This document shows, piece by piece, positions 32,397-40,853 of a stretch of 64,000 nt of DNA (positions are counted from its first letter, which is position 1; each line of letters starts with the position of its first letter). Source of the stretch: Candidatus Undivivens industriae (GTDB taxonomy: Bacteria; Omnitrophota; Gorgyraeia; Gygaellales; Profunditerraquicolaceae); contig JAAYZR010000031.1 in NCBI GenBank assembly GCA_012514745.1, forward strand, positions 1,371 through 65,370. Direction: 5' to 3'. The notes under the pieces were generated by a model. The model ran no database searches, had not been told where the DNA came from, and was given only the letters and a program-made list of their open reading frames with translations. A program made the position numbers and the translations under genes.

Positions 32397-33362
32397 TTGA
32401 ATTATCCATCTAACAACAATTATCGCCGTAATGGTCAGACTGCCCAGCCGCGCAGATTCATTCCGTCAGCCGCTCCGCGCCAGGTTGACGAAAACGAGCG
32501 GAAATTCTTTTCCGGGACAGCCGTTGATCCTTCTCCGCGCATACGCCTGGAGAACGGCAGCAGGGAATTTACCATGCGGGCGATGGATTTGGTGTGCCCC
32601 ATAGGTATGGGACAGCGCGGGCTGATAGTCGCCCCGCCCGGTTCCGGTAAGACCACCTTTCTGAAACATATCTGCCGCGCGGTGGCGCAGAGCTGCCCGG
32701 AGATGAAGCTTTACTGTCTGCTTATAGACGAACGCCCGGAGGAAGTTACGGATATAAAGCGCAACGTTACCGCGGAGGTGCACGCCTCTTCTTCCGACCA
32801 GACTTACGACAACCACCTGCGCACGGCGGACGAGTTGATGAAGAAAGTGTTCGCTCAAGCCGCCGACGGCGCCGACGTTATGGTGGTGATAGATTCTCTG
32901 ACCAGGCTGGCGCGCGTGCACAACGCCGGCAGCGCATCCAGCGGCAGGACCCTCTCTGGAGGGGTGGACGCCAGGGCGCTGGAGGTTCCGCGGCGCATAT
33001 TCGGGGCCGCGCGCAAGATCGAGAACGGAGGGTCGCTTTCCATAATGGCGACCATCCTGGTCGATACCGGAAGCCGCATGGACCAGGTGATATTCGAAGA
33101 ATTCAAGGGGACCGGCAATATGGAGATAGTCCTTTCCCGGGATCTCGCCAATCACCGTATCTTCCCGGCGATAGACATCGCCGCCAGCAACACCCGTAAA
33201 AAAGAACTTTTGCTTTCTCCCGAAGAGCTGGATTCGTCGGATAATCTGCGGCGTCTTCTGCTCGAGCGTGATCCGCTGGAAAGCGGAAGGGAACTTGTGG
33301 AGATGCTGAGCAAATACCCTTCCAACAGTGAACTGCTCGCCGCTTTGAAATCGAAAAACTAA
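32397..33362 (+). CDS. rho: Transcription termination factor Rho, short form (ATPase domain only)
   Basis: [40 protein letters not shown] and EEFKGTGN motifs; exact start uncertain. Confidence 0.88.
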   Translation: MNYPSNNNYRRNGQTAQPRRFIPSAAPRQVDENERKFFSGTAVDPSPRIRLENGSREFTMRAMDLVCPIGMGQRGLIVAPPGSGKTTFLKHICRAVAQSCPEMKLYCLLIDERPEEVTDIKRNVTAEVHASSSDQTYDNHLRTADELMKKVFAQAADGADVMVVIDSLTRLARVHNAGSASSGRTLSGGVDARALEVPRRIFGAARKIENGGSLSIMATILVDTGSRMDQVIFEEFKGTGNMEIVLSRDLANHRIFPAIDIAASNTRKKELLLSPEELDSSDNLRRLLLERDPLESGRELVEMLSKYPSNSELLAALKSKN

Positions 33363-33387
33363 TAAAGGGCGTTTCTTCCGCGATAAA

Positions 33388-34332
33388 ATGTCCGATAACA
33401 CTATCTTACGACTGCTGGAATCCGCCGCGCGCAGGCGGGAAACACTGGCCCGCGTCACCGACGCCTTCCGCCTTGTGGACGGAGCCGGCGACGGGATGGA
33501 CGGCCTCGTGCTCGAGCGCTACGGCAGGCACTTCAGCGCGCAGGTTTTCGACAGGCGCTGGCTGGATAAGAGTGATATCCTAACCGCTTTCCTTAAAGAA
33601 CATTTCGGCGCGCTGTATTTTATAGTCAAGGACAGGAGCGGGCGGGCTTCTCCGGAAGACTTCGGGAAACTGCTCTGGCTGAATGAGGCTCCGGCGGCCG
33701 CGGTGGTCCGGGAGAACGGGCTCAATTTTTCGGTTGACCTTGATGACGCGCTTAACTGCGGCCTTTTCCTTGATATGCGCCGCAACAGGGATATAGTGTC
33801 CGGATACGCCGCCGGCAGGCGGGTGTTGAATTGTTTCGCTTACACCTGTTCCTTCGGCGTTTATTGCCGCGCCAGGGGGGCCCGGGCAGCGGTTAACGTT
33901 GACGTAAGCAGGAAATCCCTTGAACGAGGCAGAGCGAATTATAGATTGAACGGGCTTGAGCCTTTCCGCAATGAGATGATCCGCGCGGACGCTGCGGAAT
34001 ACCTGAAGCGGGCCCCGGGAAGAAGGAACAGCTTTGGGCTGATAATTCTCGATCCTCCTTCTTTCGCCCGCCATGAAAACGGTGTCTTCAGCGTCAGGAA
34101 AGACATGCCCGGGCTTGTCGCTTCGGCGATAAAGGTTCTTGAGCCGGGCGGCTGCCTGTTCGTCTCCACCAATCTAAGCGGGATGACGAAGAGCGCTCTG
34201 ACGGCGATGTTCAAGGCCGGTTCCGCGGGGCGTAAGTTCGAACGTCTGGATTCTTTCGGCCAGGATACGGATTTTACCGGCAGCGGAACCGACCGGCGCG
34301 GCTGTTTGACGACATTGCTGGCGAGGTTTTAG
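33388..34332 (+). CDS. RlmI/RlmK-like SAM-dependent rRNA methyltransferase
   Basis: GLFLDMRRNR, VLNCFAYTCSF and IILDPPSF motifs. Confidence 0.88.
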   Translation: MSDNTILRLLESAARRRETLARVTDAFRLVDGAGDGMDGLVLERYGRHFSAQVFDRRWLDKSDILTAFLKEHFGALYFIVKDRSGRASPEDFGKLLWLNEAPAAAVVRENGLNFSVDLDDALNCGLFLDMRRNRDIVSGYAAGRRVLNCFAYTCSFGVYCRARGARAAVNVDVSRKSLERGRANYRLNGLEPFRNEMIRADAAEYLKRAPGRRNSFGLIILDPPSFARHENGVFSVRKDMPGLVASAIKVLEPGGCLFVSTNLSGMTKSALTAMFKAGSAGRKFERLDSFGQDTDFTGSGTDRRGCLTTLLARF

Positions 34333-34418
34333 GACGTAAAAATGGTTGTCCCGGCTTATTTAACGCCGTATAATCTGGGGTGCCGGGCGGTTGGGATTAT
34401 TTCAAAGGTAAAAGGCAG

Positions 34419-36143
34419 ATGATCACGCAGATGAATATCCGCAATTTCGGTCTGATCGACGAGCTCTCCCTCGAGTTCGACGCGGCCTTGAACATTCTCA
34501 CCGGGGAGACCGGAGCCGGAAAATCCATAATTATAGACGCTTTGCGTTTCGCCCTGGGGGAGACGCTCGGTCAGTCACAGATACGCGATATTGGATTACC
34601 CTGCGCTGTGGAGGCGGTTTTCGATATCGTGTCCCCGGAATTAAGGAACGATCCCCTCGTGGCCGAATTCCTTCCCGGGGAGGAAGACCCCCGGTTGATT
34701 ATATACCGGGAGCAATCCTCCGACGGCCGCAAAAAGGTGAAGATCAACGGGCGCTCCGTTACCGTTTCCCAGCTTAAGGCGCTCGGGAACAACCTGGTGG
34801 ATTTCCACGGCGCGCACGACCACCAATTGATACTTTCCTCCGGCGCGCACCTCTCCATCCTGGACCGTCTCATAGATTTCGCTTCACTCAAGGATGAATA
34901 CCGGGAGATATTTGCCGGATACAGGCAGACAGCCGCCGGGCTTGAAGAGATAGCGCTGGCTGGACAGTCCCGCGAGCGCGACCTCGATTTCCTCGGCCAC
35001 CGGATAAAAGAGCTGGAGCAGGTCCCTCTTGATCCGGCAGTTTACGAAGAGACCCGCAGGAAACAGCTCCAGCTTAACAACGCGGAGAAGCTTTTCGAGG
35101 AGGTCAACGCCTTGCTGGCGCTTTTCGAGAATGACGACGGCGGCGTCGGCCGCGCTCTTTCCGGCGCTTTCGTCCCCATGCGCCGCCTTAACCGCATAGA
35201 TGCCTCCACGGAAGAACTGGCGCGGTCCCTTGAACGCCTCCAGAACGAGGCGGAGGAGTTCTCCAGCCGGCTCGCTCAATATAAGGACGGACTTTCTTTC
35301 GACCCCGACGAGGCGGCCCGCATCAACAGGAATTGCGATATATACGAAGATATCCTTAGAAAATACGGCCCGGGGCTTGATGACGCGCAAAAGGCTTACA
35401 GTTCCGCTAAGGAAAAATACGGCCTGCTGGCGGACCTGGAGCATAACGACGCCTCACTGCGGGCGGAGTTCGAGAGGCTGGAAAAGGAGCTCCGCGCGGT
35501 CGCCGCCAAGATCACCCGCCTGCGGAAGAAAACCGCTCAGTTCCTGAAAGATACGATCGAAAAAGAACTTTCGGAACTGGGAATAGCCGGCGCTCGTTTC
35601 GAATGCCGGCTGGAGGCGGCGCCCTTGAACGCCGAGGGAGCGGACAGCGCTGTTTTTTATATCAGCCCCAACACGGGTGAGGCGCTTAAACCACTGGCGG
35701 AGATAGTCTCTTCCGGGGAAGCGGCCAGGTTGATGCTCGCGCTTAAAAAGGCCCTGACAAAAGTGGACACCGTGCCGGTCCTGATTTTCGACGAGATAGA
35801 CGCGCAGATCGGCGGGCGGTTGGGCGCGGTTACCGGACGGAAATTGAAAGAGCTTTCCTCCGACCGCCAGGTCATACTGATCACGCACCTGCCGCAGATA
35901 GCCTCTTTCGCGGACAGGCATTTCAAAGTATCCAAGAAGGTCGCCGGCGGACGGACATTTACGGAAGTCTGCCTGCTGGACCGCGATGCCAGCGTGCGCG
36001 AGATGGCCAAGATGATGAGCGGGGAAAAGGAAAGCCGCATTTCTCTGGAGCACGCGCGGGACATGGCGGCCGCGGCGGGGAAAGAGCGCGGGGGCGAGGG
36101 GAGAAGGCAGCCGCAGGAGAAAAGCAGGAAGAACGGGAGATGA
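34419..36143 (+). CDS. recN: DNA repair protein RecN
   Basis: TGETGAGKS, SSGEAAR, IFDEID and ITHLPQIA motifs. Confidence 0.96.
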   Translation: MITQMNIRNFGLIDELSLEFDAALNILTGETGAGKSIIIDALRFALGETLGQSQIRDIGLPCAVEAVFDIVSPELRNDPLVAEFLPGEEDPRLIIYREQSSDGRKKVKINGRSVTVSQLKALGNNLVDFHGAHDHQLILSSGAHLSILDRLIDFASLKDEYREIFAGYRQTAAGLEEIALAGQSRERDLDFLGHRIKELEQVPLDPAVYEETRRKQLQLNNAEKLFEEVNALLALFENDDGGVGRALSGAFVPMRRLNRIDASTEELARSLERLQNEAEEFSSRLAQYKDGLSFDPDEAARINRNCDIYEDILRKYGPGLDDAQKAYSSAKEKYGLLADLEHNDASLRAEFERLEKELRAVAAKITRLRKKTAQFLKDTIEKELSELGIAGARFECRLEAAPLNAEGADSAVFYISPNTGEALKPLAEIVSSGEAARLMLALKKALTKVDTVPVLIFDEIDAQIGGRLGAVTGRKLKELSSDRQVILITHLPQIASFADRHFKVSKKVAGGRTFTEVCLLDRDASVREMAKMMSGEKESRISLEHARDMAAAAGKERGGEGRRQPQEKSRKNGR

Positions 36144-36389
36144 AAGAAAAAACGCGAACGGATAAATAGAGGCCGCCAATGGGGATTATGTGACCCGCGC
36201 GCAGATTTGTTCCTTGTTTTGTCTGCGGATGAGTAAAAAAGATAGAGCGGTTCAACTTAACTTCGGCGACGAGGCAGAGGTTTTTGGAGGCGATGAATTC
36301 GATAAGGGCCGTAACGCCCTTTATTGTAGCACGTATAGTGTTTTGACGCTGAATAATCTTTATAAACCTTTTAACGGGAGATACCCACT

Positions 36390-37439
36390 ATGCGTAAAAT
36401 ACTTTTGCGCAGCGCAGGTTCGGTTATGTCATTACTTTTTCTCTTATCCGCCGTTTCACGGGCGGAAGAAATCACCGTTACGACTTATTACCCTTCGCCG
36501 AATGGAAGTTATGATAGCCTCCTTTCCGATAAAATGGCCGTAGGTGATACTAATGCGGATGGAAATCTTAATTTTTCCGATATACCTACTGTTGGCGGCA
36601 GGCTGTTTGTGAGAGGCACCATTGCCGTAGGTAAAATAGTCCCGGATCCCGAAGTTGACTGGAATAATGTCAGTATTGATGTTGGGAAATTCATCATTGC
36701 TTCAGATGATTCGACGGCTTCCGTGATGCTCGGTCCGGCTGCCGGACATAGCGCTATTGAATTACGCCAGCTTAATAATTCCGGAACACCGTATATCGAT
36801 TTTTCCAATGATGATACCGTTGATTATGATGCGCGGTTTATATTGCAGGATAATAGTAATTTACATTTACAAGGACCCGGTGGCGGTGTTAATTTTGTTA
36901 TTGGAGACGCTAACAGTTCTCCCGCCAGGACATTGTATGTGAATGGAAGTATAGGTTGTTCCGGCCCTCAGGGGTCGGCGACAAAACATGTTTTTGATAT
37001 CGCCGAGATTATGCCGGTTGAAGGCGATGTCCTTCCCGGGGACGTCGTAGTCTTGGCGTCTGGAAAAGAAAGGAAATTATTTCGCAGCAAATCAGCTTAT
37101 GACCGTTTGGTTATGGGGATAATTTCATCCGAAGATAATTCGGCAGGAAGTACGGCTGTTTTTCTGCTTGGGAATAAAGATGAAGCATTAAAGAGTACCG
37201 GCAGGAAGCATGAATTTATTACAGTTGCCGGACAAGTTGCAGTTAATGTTTGTCTGGAAAATGGTCCAATAGAACCGGGGGATTTATTAGTTACATCTTC
37301 TATACCCGGGTATGCGATGAGAGGGAGCGATACGAAAAAAATGTTCGGTGCGGTTGTCGCTAAAGCGATGGAACGTTTCGGACCAGAAAACTCTCAGGAA
37401 GGGAAAGGCCAAATAGTCGCCCTTCTTGCTTTGATGTAA
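36390..37439 (+). CDS. Secreted TYYPSP-motif protein with tail-fibre-like segment and chaperone-like C-terminal domain
   Basis: Signal peptide ending SRA-EE; TTYYPSPNGSY; PYIDF..DYDAR; DIAE..GDVV..ENGPIEPGDLLVTS..GYAM. Confidence 0.7.
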   Translation: MRKILLRSAGSVMSLLFLLSAVSRAEEITVTTYYPSPNGSYDSLLSDKMAVGDTNADGNLNFSDIPTVGGRLFVRGTIAVGKIVPDPEVDWNNVSIDVGKFIIASDDSTASVMLGPAAGHSAIELRQLNNSGTPYIDFSNDDTVDYDARFILQDNSNLHLQGPGGGVNFVIGDANSSPARTLYVNGSIGCSGPQGSATKHVFDIAEIMPVEGDVLPGDVVVLASGKERKLFRSKSAYDRLVMGIISSEDNSAGSTAVFLLGNKDEALKSTGRKHEFITVAGQVAVNVCLENGPIEPGDLLVTSSIPGYAMRGSDTKKMFGAVVAKAMERFGPENSQEGKGQIVALLALM

Positions 37440-37465
37440 AAGATCGGCGGATATGTAATATCAAC

Positions 37466-37495
37466 TTGACATCAGGCATCGGGCCGTGGTATAAC
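37466..37495 (+). promoter_or_regulatory. Sigma70 promoter of the nrdDG leader
   Basis: TTGACA-18 bp-TATAAC with a TG extension. Confidence 0.65.
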
Positions 37496-37504
37496 AACTT
37501 TGAC

Positions 37505-37580
37505 ATTGGGCAGGAAACGCGGTGTGAATCCGCGGCTGTACCCGCAACTGTATGCCCCGTTTTACGGGGCGAGCCAGGTG
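37505..37580 (+). ncRNA. Cobalamin riboswitch, short (class II-like) form
   Basis: ggaaa-cgcgg-tgtgaat-ccgcg, ctgtacccgcaactgta, short hairpin gccccgt-ttt-acggggc, B12 box gagccag. Confidence 0.75.
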
Positions 37581-37583
37581 ACG

Positions 37584-37656
37584 AATCCCTCCGGGAATAG
37601 AGGTGCTGAGAATAATTTTCCCGCTCTCTATAATGAACCTGGAGGCGGGATTTTTT
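37584..37656 (+). terminator. Terminator-like expression platform of the first riboswitch
   Basis: aatccctccgg...ctggaggcgggat followed by a T run. Confidence 0.5.
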
Positions 37657-37755
37657 ATCAGGGAATGAGTTTCGGCGTATCGGGCTCCAGGTAGAGCGTA
37701 TTGAGAGTAATGCGGCGTTCCATACGTTCTGCGCGGGCCTTATACGTAAAAATAG

Positions 37756-37915
37756 CACAGGTCCTCCAAGAGGATAAAAGGGAAGCTTGTAAAATCAAGC
37801 GCGGTCCCGCCGCTGTAACCGGGGACGAAAATCACACAAAGCCACTATGCCGGGATTACCGGGATGGGAAGGCGTGATGAGTAGGTTGATCCGGGAGCCA
37901 GAAGACCTGCCTGTG
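37756..37915 (+). ncRNA. Cobalamin (AdoCbl) riboswitch, full-length class I
   Basis: acaggt..aaaagggaa, cggtcccgccgctgtaa, agccact..tgggaagg and gagccagaagacctgcctgt. Confidence 0.95.
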
Positions 37916-37983
37916 AATGCGGCCAGCCGGGAGTATTTTCCCGCCGGGGCCCCGCGCGGAAGGACCAGCTAAAACAGGGCGTT

Positions 37984-38016
37984 GTCCTTAAGCTTTTTCG
38001 GCTTAAGGATTTTTTT
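37984..38016 (+). terminator. Intrinsic terminator of the second riboswitch
   Basis: gtccttaagc-tttttcg-gcttaaggat followed by a T run. Confidence 0.8.
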
Positions 38017-38065
38017 ATCCGGGGGACGGCTGTTCTCGGCAACGAAGCGGCAGAGCGGAGGAAAG

Positions 38066-40171
38066 ATGGGAATATCCATTAAAGAGGGATTCAAGGGCAT
38101 AATTAAAAGGAACGGGGATACCGTCGAGTTTAATTCCCGCAAGATAACGGAAGCGATAAGCAAGGCGGGCGGAGCCGCCGGCGAGTTCGGGGAGGATATC
38201 GCCAAAGTGCTGACTATAAAGGTGCTTAGTCTTGCCGGACAGCTTGAGCTGGGGGAGACCCCGACCGTGGAGCAGATACAGGATATCGTGGAGGAGGTTT
38301 TGCTCGCTTCCCCCTATAAAAAAACTGCGAAGGCGTATGTCCTTTACCGGGAACAACGTAAGGGAGTGCGCGAAATAACCTCCCGTTTCAACGTCGATCT
38401 GGTCGATCAGTATCTTTCCCGCTCCGACTGGCAGGTCAAGGAGAACAGCAATATGGGGTTCTCCCTGCAGGGGTTGAACAATTATATATCATCCGAAGTC
38501 AGCAAAGTTTACTGGCTGAATAAGATATACCCGGAGGATGTCAGGAACGCTTATCTTTCCGGAGACCTGCATATCCACGACCTGGGTATAATCAGCGCCT
38601 ATTGCGTGGGCTGGGATTTGTATGACCTGCTGGTGGAAGGGTTCCGCGGCGCCTCCGGCAAGATCGAGTCGAAACCGGCGAGGCACCTGCGCACGGCGTT
38701 GGGGCAGATAACCAATTTTTTCTACACCCTGCAGGGAGAAGCGGCCGGGGCGCAGGCTTTCTCCAATTTCGATACACTGCTTGCGCCGTTCATCCGTTTT
38801 GACCGTCTTGACTATAAAGGGGTAAAGCAGGCGCTCCAGGAGTTCCTTTTTAACGTCAACGTTCCCACCAGGGTGGGTTTTCAGACCCCGTTCACAAACA
38901 TAACCATGGACCTCACCGTCCCTTCGTATTACGCCGGCCAGGGGGTGATCATAGGCGGCAAAGCGCAAGACGTTACTTATAAGGAATTTCAGAAGGAAAT
39001 AGATATGTTTAACCGCGCCTTCCTGGAGGTGATGCTGGAGGGGGACGCCAAGGGGAGGGTATTTACTTTCCCCATCCCGACCTACAACATCTCCAAAGAA
39101 TTCGACTGGGACAATGCCGACCTGGATATCCTCTGGAAGGTGACCGCCAAATACGGACTGCCTTATTTCGCCAATTTCATCCATTCGGATATGAAGCCCG
39201 AGGACGCCAGGAGCATGTGCTGCAGGTTGAGGATAGACAACCGCGAACTGCGCCGCAGGGGCGGCGGGCTTTTCGGCTCCGCTCCTTTGACCGGGTCGGT
39301 GGGGGTGGTCACCGTCAATATGCCGCGTTTGGGATTTCTTTCTTCAGGAGAATACGATTTCTTCGACCGGCTGGGCGGGCTGATGGATACGGCGATGAAA
39401 AGCCTGGAGATCAAGAGAAAGACCCTGGAGGCGTTCACAAACGACAATCTCTACCCTTATATGAAATTTTACCTGCGGAACATCAAGGAACGATCAGGGA
39501 AGTTCTGGAAGAACCATTTTTCCACCATCGGCATAGTTGGAATGAATGAGGCCTGCTTGAACTTGCTGGGAGAAGGGGTGGGCGGGGAGAAGGGCAGGGA
39601 TTTCACCCTGCGCACCATGGATTTTATGCGCCGCAAACTGCAGGAGTTCCAGGATACCACCGGCAATTTCTATAACCTTGAGGCCACGCCGGCCGAAGGC
39701 ACGTCTTACCGTCTGGCGCAAATCGACAAAAAGAAATATCCGGATCTGCTGGCGCAGGGCGGTCCCATCGGCAGGGCAGAACATCCTTTTTATACGAATT
39801 CCACCCATCTGCCGGTCAATTATACCGACGACGTCTTCGAGATGCTCGAACTGCAGGACGAGATACAGACGAAATATACCGGCGGAACGGTCGTGCATAT
39901 CTACGTCGGGGAGGAGATTCGCGACCACGCCTCCCTGAAGAGTCTGATCAGGAAGATATGCGACAATTACCGTCTGCCGTATTTCTCCGTCACCCCCACC
40001 TTCAGCGTCTGTCCGGACTGTGGATACGTGCCGGGCGGGCACGAAAACTGCCCGCGCTGCGGCAAGGTCTGCGAGATATATTCCAGGATAGTGGGTTACT
40101 TGAGGCCGGTCGGCCAGTGGAACAACGGCAAGAAAGAGGAGTTCAAATCCAGGAAGGCCTACAGATTATGA
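38066..40171 (+). CDS. nrdD: Anaerobic (class III) ribonucleoside-triphosphate reductase with ATP cone
   Basis: IIKRNG ATP cone, LHIHDL, SMCCRL, ATPAEG, CxxC..CxxC and glycyl-radical RIVGYL; SD ggagga before ATG 38066. Confidence 0.95.
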   Translation: MGISIKEGFKGIIKRNGDTVEFNSRKITEAISKAGGAAGEFGEDIAKVLTIKVLSLAGQLELGETPTVEQIQDIVEEVLLASPYKKTAKAYVLYREQRKGVREITSRFNVDLVDQYLSRSDWQVKENSNMGFSLQGLNNYISSEVSKVYWLNKIYPEDVRNAYLSGDLHIHDLGIISAYCVGWDLYDLLVEGFRGASGKIESKPARHLRTALGQITNFFYTLQGEAAGAQAFSNFDTLLAPFIRFDRLDYKGVKQALQEFLFNVNVPTRVGFQTPFTNITMDLTVPSYYAGQGVIIGGKAQDVTYKEFQKEIDMFNRAFLEVMLEGDAKGRVFTFPIPTYNISKEFDWDNADLDILWKVTAKYGLPYFANFIHSDMKPEDARSMCCRLRIDNRELRRRGGGLFGSAPLTGSVGVVTVNMPRLGFLSSGEYDFFDRLGGLMDTAMKSLEIKRKTLEAFTNDNLYPYMKFYLRNIKERSGKFWKNHFSTIGIVGMNEACLNLLGEGVGGEKGRDFTLRTMDFMRRKLQEFQDTTGNFYNLEATPAEGTSYRLAQIDKKKYPDLLAQGGPIGRAEHPFYTNSTHLPVNYTDDVFEMLELQDEIQTKYTGGTVVHIYVGEEIRDHASLKSLIRKICDNYRLPYFSVTPTFSVCPDCGYVPGGHENCPRCGKVCEIYSRIVGYLRPVGQWNNGKKEEFKSRKAYRL

Positions 40172-40755
40172 AGATCGGCGGGTTCCTGGAGTCTTCGCTC
40201 ATAGATTACCCCGGCAAGGTGGCGGCGGTGATTTTTACCGTCGGCTGCACCTTCCGCTGCCGGTATTGTCATAATCCCCGCCTTGTCTATCCGGAGCTTT
40301 ACGCGGAGACCGTGCCCCTGGAGAAGATAATGGCGCTGCTGGAGAGAAGGCGCGGTATTCTCGACGGGGTGGTCTTCTGCGGAGGGGAACCGACTATGCA
40401 GGAAGACCTGCCGGAAGTAATGCGCAGGGTGCGTTCGCTGGGTTATCTGGTCAAGCTGGACACAAACGGCGCCTTCCCGGAGAAACTGGCGGAGGCCCTG
40501 CCTTACGCGGATTATGTGGCGATGGATATCAAAGCTCCTTTCGGCCCGGATTATGCGCGCGTATGCGGCGGACAGTCGGATGATTTCGACGTCAGGCGCA
40601 GTATGCTTCTCCTGCGTTCGTCCGGAGTGGAATATCATTTCCGCACTACCTTTCACCCGGATCATCTCCCGGTAGAAAGGTCGGGGGAGATCGAGAGGTT
40701 CCTCGGCGCCGGGGAACGTTATGTCATTCAGCATGCTTCCGTCGTAAAAAAATAG
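40168..40755 (+). CDS. nrdG: NrdD-activating radical SAM protein
   Basis: SLIDYPG, GCTFRCRYCHNP, GGEP and KLDTNG motifs; ATGA overlap with nrdD. Confidence 0.95.
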   Translation: MKIGGFLESSLIDYPGKVAAVIFTVGCTFRCRYCHNPRLVYPELYAETVPLEKIMALLERRRGILDGVVFCGGEPTMQEDLPEVMRRVRSLGYLVKLDTNGAFPEKLAEALPYADYVAMDIKAPFGPDYARVCGGQSDDFDVRRSMLLLRSSGVEYHFRTTFHPDHLPVERSGEIERFLGAGERYVIQHASVVKK

Positions 40756-40853
40756 TTGCCGCCCGGAGATACTTGACGCGGGGACAGATAAGGTGTAACC
40801 TGTTGCTGTTGCAGCGGAAAGCCAACCGGGTCCCCGAAAAAAGGCGGTGAATT

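Noticed and set aside
32466-33458. Long antisense ORFs (also 7744-8535, 42910-43866, 45269-46120, 52176-53123)
   Set aside because: Shadows of well-supported genes in GC-rich sequence, with no motifs
37982-38065. N-terminal extension of NrdD
   Set aside because: It overlaps the riboswitch terminator; a proper SD and ATG lie at 38066
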